Shown one piece after another: positions 1 to 6,269 of a DNA stretch of 17,907 bases (position 1 is the first letter of the stretch; every line of letters begins with the position of its first letter). The DNA lies in the NCBI GenBank assembly GCA_963733475.1, contig CAVTEC010000098.1, forward strand, positions 1 to 17,907, written 5' to 3'. The translations under genes were made by a program, and so were the position numbers. The DNA is from an uncultured Alphaproteobacteria bacterium (GTDB lineage Bacteria > Pseudomonadota > Alphaproteobacteria > Acetobacterales > Acetobacteraceae). The notes beneath the pieces were generated by a model. The model did no database searches. It saw only the letters and a list, made by a program, of their open reading frames with translations, and was not told the origin of the DNA.

Positions 1-141
1 GTTATGGGCGAGCCTTTGAACAGGGCCATGCTGTTGGGCGACGATGCAATTCCGAAACCGGCGGCGCTTCGACGACACGCCGCAGCCGGCGTGCAGATGT
101 TCCTCGCGTCATACGGCAAGCGAGGCACGCCACGACAGTGA
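1..141 (+). CDS. possible 3' end of an unidentified gene (start outside window)
   Basis: Frame 1 is open from the window edge to TGA at 139-141 (...VQMFLASYGKRGTPRQ*). I recognise no family. Weak call. Confidence 0.2.
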   Translation, partial: VMGEPLNRAMLLGDDAIPKPAALRRHAAAGVQMFLASYGKRGTPRQ

Positions 142-491
142 GTGGATGCGGTCGCAATGCGAGCCACACCGTGCCGCGCTGACGCTTGTCAGCCTCGCGG
201 CGCCGTATCTCGGTTCGCTACTGAGTCACGGATCACCGCACAAAAAACAAAAGTGCGAATAACCAAACAATCCGCCGACCGATATTGCGGGCATACTCAA
301 TGCACGTTGAGCACACCGGCGCTAGGCACCCGATACTGCCGTATCGACTGATACCGTCGCACAACCGAAGTAAACCGCGGCATCGGCCGAAGATACTTTG
401 CGCGGTGGAGGTCCCCCGATCTGCAAGCTACCGTGTCCCAAGGTCAGCTTGAACACAAAACTGATCTGCCAATCGACGTAGGAGATGCGCG

Positions 492-1337
492 ATGCCTGAC
501 GCTTCGCAGTTCAACATCGACCGCACCTATCCAAGCCGGTGGACGGTCACCTTCAGCAACCCGCCGATCAACATGTTTGTTCCCACAACGATCGTCGAAT
601 TGGGAGCGCTGATCACCGACCTCGAGGCGGACCCGTCCGTGAAGGTCGTCGTGTTCCAGTCGGCGAATCCCGACTTTTTCGTCGCCCATCTCGACGTATC
701 CAAGGCAGCTGAACGGCCAGAGGTGCTGGGCCTTTGGCGCGACTTTGTGCTGCGCCTCTCGTCCACGCCTGTCGTGAGCATCGCCAAGGTTCGCGGCCGC
801 ACGCGCGGCATCGGTAACGAGTTCGTGCTGGCCTGCGACATGCGCTTCGCCAGCCGGCAAAGCGCCCTGTTCGGCAACCCCGAGATCGGCGTCGGATTGG
901 TCCCGGGCGGCGGAGCGCTGGAATGGCTCCCGCGCCTGGTCGGCCGTTCGCGCGCACTTGAGATCGTCCTCAGCGGCGACGATTTCGATGCTGATATCGC
1001 CGAGCGCTATGGCTGGGTGAACCGCACGCTGGACGATGACGACCTCGACTCGTTTGTCGATGCGCTCGTCCGGCGTCTGGCCTCGTTCGACCGTGAAACG
1101 CTGGCCGCGGCGAAGGCCCAGATCAATCGGTTCGGGACGCCGACAGCGACCGAGCTTCAGTCGAGCAACGACATGTTCTTCGCAACCCTGGCCCAGCCCG
1201 GTGCGCAGGCGCGCCGCGCCAAGGTCCGCGCTATCGGTTACGGCGTTCCGAGCGACTTCGAATTGAACTTCGGCCGGTACCTCCCTGCGCTCGGGCGGGC
1301 GGACGACGATGACACGGATACGAAAACGGGCCTCTAG
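492..1337 (+). CDS. enoyl-CoA hydratase/isomerase (crotonase) family protein
   Basis: 281-aa ORF. ATG is preceded by GGAG 7 nt upstream (taggagatgcgcgATG). Crotonase-fold signature block ...GIGNEFVLACDMRFASRQSALFGNPEIGVGLVPGGGALEWLPRLVG... (GxPE..G..PGxGG oxyanion-hole region). Stop TAG 1335-1337. Confidence 0.85.
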   Translation: MPDASQFNIDRTYPSRWTVTFSNPPINMFVPTTIVELGALITDLEADPSVKVVVFQSANPDFFVAHLDVSKAAERPEVLGLWRDFVLRLSSTPVVSIAKVRGRTRGIGNEFVLACDMRFASRQSALFGNPEIGVGLVPGGGALEWLPRLVGRSRALEIVLSGDDFDADIAERYGWVNRTLDDDDLDSFVDALVRRLASFDRETLAAAKAQINRFGTPTATELQSSNDMFFATLAQPGAQARRAKVRAIGYGVPSDFELNFGRYLPALGRADDDDTDTKTGL

Positions 1338-1451
1338 CCTCGGCGGCGTAGGCGTCGGCAGCACGCAAGTGCCCCAAGGGAAACCATCGACCAGAGGAGA
1401 AAGCCATGGATACGACTGAGAACCTCGAAGCACGTTGACCAGGATCGCCGA

Positions 1452-2657
1452 TTGGTCGGCGCGACGGCCAGCGACGCCGTTCATCCATTTCGTGTGAATT
1501 TCTCGGACGCCGAGCTGGCCGAAATGCGCAGGCGCATAAGCGCGACCCGGTGGCCCGACCGGGAAACAGTCACAGATCAATCGCAAGGCCCCCAGCTCGC
1601 GACGCTGCAAAAACTCGCGCGCTATTGGGTGACAGAGTACGACTGGCGCAAAGTCGAGGCGAGGCTGAACGCCCTGCCGAATTTCATGACCGAGATCGAT
1701 GGGCTGGACATCCACTTCATTCACGTTCGTTCGAAACACAAGAACGCGTTGCCGCTCATCGTCACGCACGGCTGGCCAGGGTCGATCATCGAGCAACTGA
1801 AGATTGTCGATCCGCTGACCAATCCGACGGCACATGGCGCGAGCGCGGCGGACGCCTTCGATCTGGTGATTCCCTCGATGCCGGGCTACGGGTTCTCAGG
1901 CAAACCGACCATGACCGGGCTGGGATCCGGCCCACATTGCGCGCGCCTGGGTCGTGCTGATGAAGCGCCTTGGATACAGGAAGTTCGTGGCACAAGGCGG
2001 CGATTGGGGCGCGATCATCACGGAGCTGATGGGGGCCCAGGGGCATCCGGAGCTGCTCGGCATTCACTCCAACATGCCCGGCGTGTTTTCGCCCGACATC
2101 GACAAGGCTGCCCTTCGGGCGCTCCGGCGCCGTCCGGTCTCTCCGCGGACGAGAAACGCGCCTACGAGCAGTTGGCCTTGGAATACGCGAAAGGTATCGG
2201 CTACGGCTTCCAGATGGGATTGCGCCCGCAGGCGCTTTACGGCGTTGCCGATTTTCCCGTCGGCATCGCCGGTTACTTCCTCGATCATGACGCGGCGAGT
2301 TTGGCGCTGATCTCTCGGGCGTTTGACGGGCAGCCCGAAGGGCTGACACGGGATGATGTCCTCGACAACGTCACGCTCACCTGGTTGACGAACACGTTTG
2401 TTTCCGGGGCGCGCCTCTATTGGGAGTGTCTCGAGAACAGGGTTTCATTTTTCGGTGTCAAAGGCGTCTCCGTCCCGGCGGCCGTGAGCGTGTTTCCTGA
2501 TGAGCTCTATCAAGCCCCGAAGAGTTGGGCAGAACGCGCGTATACCAAACTCATCTATTACAACAAGCTCGACAAGGGTGGGCACTTTGCGGCTTGGGAA
2601 CAGCCGCAGCTCTTCGCAGACGAGGTTCGCGCGGGCTTCAGGTCACTTCGCGACTGA
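1452..2657 (+). CDS. epoxide hydrolase (microsomal-EH-type N-terminal domain plus alpha/beta hydrolase); reading frame internally disrupted by two compensating frameshifts
   Basis: Frame 0 carries the EH N-terminal signature (HPFRVNFSDAELAEMRRRISATRWPDRE...HGWPGS) and C-terminal block (LSADEKRAYEQ...GGHFAAWEQPQLFADEVRAGF). Between about 1918 and about 2118 the genuine EH sequence is in frame +1 (GWDPAHIARAWVVLMKRLGYRKFVAQGGDWGAIITELMG..., the conserved GGDWG nucleophile elbow). The frame-0 translation there is R-rich nonsense. The ORF stays open only because the off-frame stretch has no stop. The start used is TTG 1452 (the first start codon of the open frame 0) and has no SD. An ATG at 1406 with a strong SD lies in another frame. 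Confidence 0.7.
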   Translation: MVGATASDAVHPFRVNFSDAELAEMRRRISATRWPDRETVTDQSQGPQLATLQKLARYWVTEYDWRKVEARLNALPNFMTEIDGLDIHFIHVRSKHKNALPLIVTHGWPGSIIEQLKIVDPLTNPTAHGASAADAFDLVIPSMPGYGFSGKPTMTGLGSGPHCARLGRADEAPWIQEVRGTRRRLGRDHHGADGGPGASGAARHSLQHARRVFARHRQGCPSGAPAPSGLSADEKRAYEQLALEYAKGIGYGFQMGLRPQALYGVADFPVGIAGYFLDHDAASLALISRAFDGQPEGLTRDDVLDNVTLTWLTNTFVSGARLYWECLENRVSFFGVKGVSVPAAVSVFPDELYQAPKSWAERAYTKLIYYNKLDKGGHFAAWEQPQLFADEVRAGFRSLRD

Positions 2658-2669
2658 GCGGTCTGAGAC

Positions 2670-2750
2670 GGATCAGCGCACGCTCCAAGCGAGCGCTGAT
2701 CCGACATCCCACGGGGCGAGCCATCTGGATCCTCGGCCGCAGATGGCTTT
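2670..2750 (+). terminator. two stem-loops downstream of the epoxide hydrolase gene (weak intrinsic-terminator candidates)
   Basis: ggatcagcgc(2670-2679)/gcgctgatcc(2693-2702) forms a 10-bp stem. gccatctg(2720-2727)/cagatggc(2740-2747) forms an 8-bp stem and is followed by only TTT. Neither has a long U-tract. Confidence 0.25.
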
Positions 2751-2899
2751 CGGCGCCCCGATCCGGGCGAGGCCACAGCGAGAGGAGATGGCAACGAGGC
2801 TTCCGTCGTTGACCACTCTGTCTTGTGAAACACGGTCAGCGCGGGCAGGCTCGGCCTTATCGGGGCCTCGATCTGAGATCTCGGCTTAGGGACCAGGCC

Positions 2900-3892
2900 A
2901 TGAGAGTGGCGTCCGCGGCCATAGCGGCCTTCGCGGGACTTTGTGGCGCGGCGTCGGCGGGACCGATGATGCCGCTTGGGCCCTCCCCGGATTCCGGCCT
3001 CGCCGGGGTGTGGCGGTTCGTCGAGGCGAATTGCGTGCCCTGGGCCAAGCCGCACTCGCTGAGCAAGACCGAGGCGCCGTTGCTTGAATTTGGCATCGAT
3101 TTCGCCGAGGGCGCCGTCAAGGGCTTTCCACCGATCTCTTGCGCGAGCGCGAATTATTCCTCGGGCGTGACATATCTCGGCGAAGCGTTCGGCGGCCGGA
3201 TTGTCGGCGACAACAGTGCCGCCATGGCGAAGCAGGCACACCTCGGCGACGAGGGGCTGATGACTTTTCGCGTCGTCTGCGGGACAGTCGTCCGAGACTT
3301 TTACGTGGACGAGCGCGCCGACCTCGTCATGGCGGAGGGCGACGTGCTCTATACGCTTGAACGTCCGACGGGCATGGACCCCGAGCAATTCACTGCGGAG
3401 TACAGCGGCCCGAGTTTCGATTGCACCGGAGCCAAAACCACAGCCGATCGGCTGATCTGCGTCGATGCGGGATTGTCGAAATCCGACGGGACGTTGGCCG
3501 CCGCCTATACGAAGCTCAAGGCGGCTGAATTGGCCGCGAGCTTCGCGACCGTGCAGATCGCGCAACGTGGTTCGCTGGATTACACGCTCAAGAGCTGCGT
3601 CGGCAATGCGCCGATGCCGGAGACTTTGGGTGACCAAAACGTCATCGTCGATTGCCTGCGCGATAACTATGACGACCGCGCCGAGGCGCTGAGCGATCTG
3701 TCTGTCGAAAAGGCGGGCGCGCTGGTTCTCGAACCGCGCATGAGATTTCGTTCGCGCGCCAAGCCCTGGGTCGAGGAAAGCGGCAGCTACCCATGGATGA
3801 GCGGAGGACCCCAGGCGGAAGCGTTCAACGCCTTCATCGCCGAGACCTACGCCCTAGTCGCCCGCGTCATTGAACCTGACGGCAGTTTGTGA
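2900..3892 (+). CDS. secreted DUF1311 (LprI-like) domain protein, N-terminal portion of a gene split by an IS630-family insertion; last 12 codons are IS-derived
   Basis: ATG at 2900 begins a signal peptide (MRVASAAIAAFAGLCGAASA|GP). The six-frame ORF starts further upstream at 2825. DUF1311-like cysteine pattern: FDCTGAKTTADRLICVDAGLS...QRGSLDYTLKSC...VIVDCLRDNYDDRAEALSDL. The reading frame enters the IS left end at 3857 and stops at TGA 3890-3892. Confidence 0.7.
   Translation: MRVASAAIAAFAGLCGAASAGPMMPLGPSPDSGLAGVWRFVEANCVPWAKPHSLSKTEAPLLEFGIDFAEGAVKGFPPISCASANYSSGVTYLGEAFGGRIVGDNSAAMAKQAHLGDEGLMTFRVVCGTVVRDFYVDERADLVMAEGDVLYTLERPTGMDPEQFTAEYSGPSFDCTGAKTTADRLICVDAGLSKSDGTLAAAYTKLKAAELAASFATVQIAQRGSLDYTLKSCVGNAPMPETLGDQNVIVDCLRDNYDDRAEALSDLSVEKAGALVLEPRMRFRSRAKPWVEESGSYPWMSGGPQAEAFNAFIAETYALVARVIEPDGSL
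3857..3880 (+). repeat. IS630-family left terminal inverted repeat
   Basis: Matches the reverse complement of 5068-5091 at 20 of 24 positions, with a perfect outer 11-bp match. Confidence 0.75.
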
Positions 3893-3932
3893 CTCACTCG
3901 CAACGTCGTCAACGTTGGCCAGGATTCGGGAC

Positions 3933-4406
3933 ATGTCAGAGGTCGTCGTGAAGAAGTATGTGGTTCGGCTGGACGCGGAGGAACGCGCGCGGCTGGAAGC
4001 GCTTATCGGCAAGGGCAAACATTCGGCCAGCGCGATCCTCAGGGCACGCATCTTGCTCAAGGCAGACATTTCCGAGGTCGGCGAAGCCTGGAGCGACGGC
4101 CGTATCGTGAAGGCCCTCGACACCAGCCTCGCGACCGTCCACAGGGTTCGCCAGTGTCTGGTTGAGGAGGGGCTCGACGTAGCGCTCGCCCGTAAGCCCC
4201 GCGCGAGACCGTCGATCCTGCGGATCTTCGACGGCGAAAAGGAAGCCAGACTGATCACGCTGGCCTGCTCCAAGCCTCCGGCCGGGCACGCGAAATGGTC
4301 GCTGCGCCTGCTGGAACAGCAGGTCGTGGAACTGGGGATCGTCGCCAAGGCCAGTGACAACACGATCGGGCGGACGCTAAAAAAAACCTTCTCAAACCGC
4401 ACCTGA
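3933..4406 (+). CDS. IS630-family transposase OrfA (N-terminal HTH/DNA-binding part)
   Basis: ATG 3933 (MSEVVVKKYVVRLDAEERARLEALIGKGKHSASAILRARILL...). Ends at TGA 4404-4406, just after the run of eight A at 4379-4386. Confidence 0.8.
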   Translation: MSEVVVKKYVVRLDAEERARLEALIGKGKHSASAILRARILLKADISEVGEAWSDGRIVKALDTSLATVHRVRQCLVEEGLDVALARKPRARPSILRIFDGEKEARLITLACSKPPAGHAKWSLRLLEQQVVELGIVAKASDNTIGRTLKKTFSNRT

Positions 4407-5077
4407 AGCAACGGTGGGTCATTCCGCCGTCGGCCAACGCGGCGTTCGTGGCCGCGATGGAAGAGGTGCTGGAGGTTTACACGAGGCCGCGTGATACAGC
4501 CCGGCCCTTGGTTTGTCTTGACGAGACCTCGAAACAACTGATCCGGGAAACTCGCGCGCCGTTGCCGATGAAGCGTGGTCAGCCGAGGCGCGTCGATTAT
4601 GAGTACGAACGCAACGGCACCGCCAATCTGTTCATGCTGTTCGCGCCGCTGGAAGGTTGGCGGCATGTCGAGGTGACGGATCGCCATGCCGCCGCCGATT
4701 ATGCCGCCATGCTTCGCGACCTGTCGGACCGATATTTCCCCTCAGCAAACAAGATCGTTCTGGTGCAGGACAATCTCAGCACCCATACCGCGGCGTCGCT
4801 GTACGCCGCCTTCGCACCGGCCGAGGCGCGCCGTCTCGCCGAGCGGTTCGAGTGGCACTACACGCCGAAGCACGGCAGTTGGCTGAACATGGCGGAGTCA
4901 GAACTCGGCGTTCTGTCATCGCAATGTCTGGATCGACGGATCGAGGACAAAGGCAGCCTTGTCGAGGAAGTCGCCGCCTGGCGTGAACATCGAAACAAAC
5001 ATCACGCCAAGGCCAACTGGCAGTTCACCAATGAGCATGCCCGGATAAAACTCAGACAACTCTACCCGTCACTTTGA
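4379..5077 (+). CDS. IS630-family transposase OrfB (DDE catalytic part), in the -1 frame relative to OrfA; probably expressed as an OrfAB fusion by -1 slippage on A8
   Basis: From the A-run the -1 frame reads KKNLLKPHLKQRWVIPPSANAAFVAAMEEVLEVY..., the conserved IS630 'KKN.LKP.LKKQWCIPP' linker. DDE-like residues follow: LVCLDETS ... IVLVQDNLSTHT ... WLNMAESELG. Stop TGA 5075-5077. There is no independent start/SD before the first in-frame start codon, GTG at 4448 (4448..5077 is the ORF in the six-frame track). Confidence 0.75.
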   Translation, partial: KKNLLKPHLKQRWVIPPSANAAFVAAMEEVLEVYTRPRDTARPLVCLDETSKQLIRETRAPLPMKRGQPRRVDYEYERNGTANLFMLFAPLEGWRHVEVTDRHAAADYAAMLRDLSDRYFPSANKIVLVQDNLSTHTAASLYAAFAPAEARRLAERFEWHYTPKHGSWLNMAESELGVLSSQCLDRRIEDKGSLVEEVAAWREHRNKHHAKANWQFTNEHARIKLRQLYPSL

Positions 5078-5091
5078 ATGACTCGGGCGAC
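5068..5091 (+). repeat. IS630-family right terminal inverted repeat
   Basis: The reverse complement matches 3857-3880. It overlaps the last codons and stop of orfB. Confidence 0.75.
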
Positions 5092-5093
5092 TA

Positions 5094-5591
5094 GTCCGTT
5101 GGCGTATGGACGCAAAGGGCGCGTTCCCGATCGATGACCGCGATTCCGCCATGAAATATCATGCGCGCCGGTCCTATTCCGTGGCGCGCTTGGACGCCCG
5201 CATCGTGAGCTTCCAAATCGCGACCGACGACTACGCCGGCGGCAACTCCGAAACGCGCCATCAAACGGCTTTGACCTGGGACTTGGCGAAGCAGCGCCAG
5301 GTCATGCTCGACGATGTTTTCGTCAAAGGCAGCCGTTGGAAGGCCGTGACGGTTGCCTATTGCATGACGGAGCTGCACAAACAATTCGCCGAACGCCAAA
5401 TGCCGGATCTGAGCGACGCGGAGATCGCTGCTACGGTCAGTAACTCCACGTCATGGTTATGGGGCGCGGACAAAGCAACAGTGGTTTTCATGATCGGCCT
5501 CATCGGAGGGATGCCGGGCGGCGAGTTCGACGTGGAAATTCCAGTGTCGACGTTGGCGCCGTTCTTCCTCGAGGGAGCGGCAGTGCGATGA
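5094..5591 (+). pseudogene. C-terminal (DUF3298-like) fragment of the IS-split secreted-protein gene; annotatable as ORF 5106..5591
   Basis: After removing 3857-5093, codon GCC CTA (3851-3856) continues in frame into GTC CGT TGG CGT ATG GAC... (5094 onward). The fragment contains ...YAGGNSETRHQTALTWDLAKQRQVMLDDVF..., consistent with a DUF3298/RsiV-C-terminal-like fold. Confidence 0.6.
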
Positions 5592-5746
5592 GGGGCGTGA
5601 CCTGGTTAAGTGACATCTTGCGCGTCGCGGGCTTGGTCCTGGCATGACGATCCGCGGTCTGCCCCAGAGCATTTTCAACGTGACTGAAAAGCTGATGGGT
5701 TTCGCTTGCCACTCAACCCATCAATTCTGGTCTGCCTGAACGTGCT

Positions 5747-6139
5747 CTAGACAACCGGCGTCGTCGGCTTTCCGCCCTTTTCCCACACATTGAAGGTCGC
5801 GTCCCAAACCGAGATACGACCGTCACGCACGATCCATATCTCGGTGCCGCGGCCGAGCATTGGTTTACCAGTCTGAGCATCCTCCCAGCTTGCGTCCCAG
5901 GTGTTCGCGAGCGTGTCATCCATGACGCAATGCAGCGTCTTGCGCAGCCGATAACCTTTGGTGCGGGCGAAGCGGGCGCGCAGGAAGGTCATTACCGCAT
6001 CGCGTCCACGCATTTCGGGGAAGTCGGCAAAGCGGGTCACCGCGTCCTCGGTGAAGCCCTGCTCGATGCGCGCCAGATCAGCCGCGCCGAATGCGTCTTC
6101 GACATGCTGCACCAGACGCTTTGCGGTGTCCCAGTCCAT
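5747..6139 (-). CDS. DUF1348 / NTF2-like (SnoaL-like) family protein
   Basis: 130 aa. ATG at 6139 is preceded by GGAGGG 8 nt upstream on the minus strand. Pattern ...FTEDAVTRFADFPEMRGRDAVMTFLRARFARTKGYRLRKTL...IWIVRDGRISVWDATFNVWEK is typical of the DUF1348 NTF2-fold family. Confidence 0.75.
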   Translation of the reverse strand: MDWDTAKRLVQHVEDAFGAADLARIEQGFTEDAVTRFADFPEMRGRDAVMTFLRARFARTKGYRLRKTLHCVMDDTLANTWDASWEDAQTGKPMLGRGTEIWIVRDGRISVWDATFNVWEKGGKPTTPVV

Positions 6140-6222
6140 CCCTGCATCCCTCCGATCGAGTTGTCATTCGGCCGCCGTATAATTCTGTAACCAAAGGCAG
6201 CCTAACATCCACATATAACATC

Positions 6223-6246
6223 GACCAACGGTGTGATCTGTTGGTC
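6223..6246 (+). promoter_or_regulatory. perfect 7-bp inverted repeat (GACCAAC-N10-GTTGGTC) between a TATAAC hexamer (6214-6219) and the flotillin SD; candidate operator
   Basis: Seen directly in the sequence. It lies in the 130-bp divergent intergenic region between the DUF1348 and flotillin genes. A TATAAT hexamer sits at 6178-6183. Confidence 0.3.
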
Positions 6247-6269
6247 GGCCAAGAAAGGAAGCGTTTCAC

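Larger units (their letters stand above)
3855..5093 (+). mobile_element. IS630-family insertion sequence (about 1.24 kb) with TA target-site duplication inside a CTAG site
   Basis: Imperfect terminal inverted repeats: 3857-3880 GTCGCCCGCGTCATTGAACCTGAC versus the reverse complement of 5068-5091, GTCGCCCGAGTCATTCAAAGTGAC. TA lies directly outside both ends (3855-3856 and 5092-5093), and both junctions read CTAG. Internal HTH orfA and DDE orfB are typical of IS630/Tc1-mariner bacterial elements. Confidence 0.85.

Noticed and set aside
444-1835. 463-aa minus-strand ORF spanning the crotonase and epoxide hydrolase genes
   Set aside because: Antisense to two genes with clear family signatures. 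Arg/Pro/Gly-rich low-complexity translation typical of stop-depleted antisense frames in high-GC DNA.
2558-3637. 359-aa minus-strand ORF opposite the DUF1311 secreted-protein gene
   Set aside because: Antisense high-GC artefact. No motifs. Overlaps a plus-strand gene that has a signal peptide and a domain pattern.
3854-4687. 277-aa minus-strand ORF inside the IS630 element
   Set aside because: Antisense to the transposase OrfA/OrfB, which carry recognisable HTH and DDE regions. IS630-family elements encode no antisense protein that I know of.
6155-6183. Sigma-70 promoter TTGTCA...TATAAT
   Set aside because: The spacer between the two hexamers is only 11 nt, incompatible with a functional -35/-10 pair. 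Only the isolated -10-like hexamers are retained as weak candidates.
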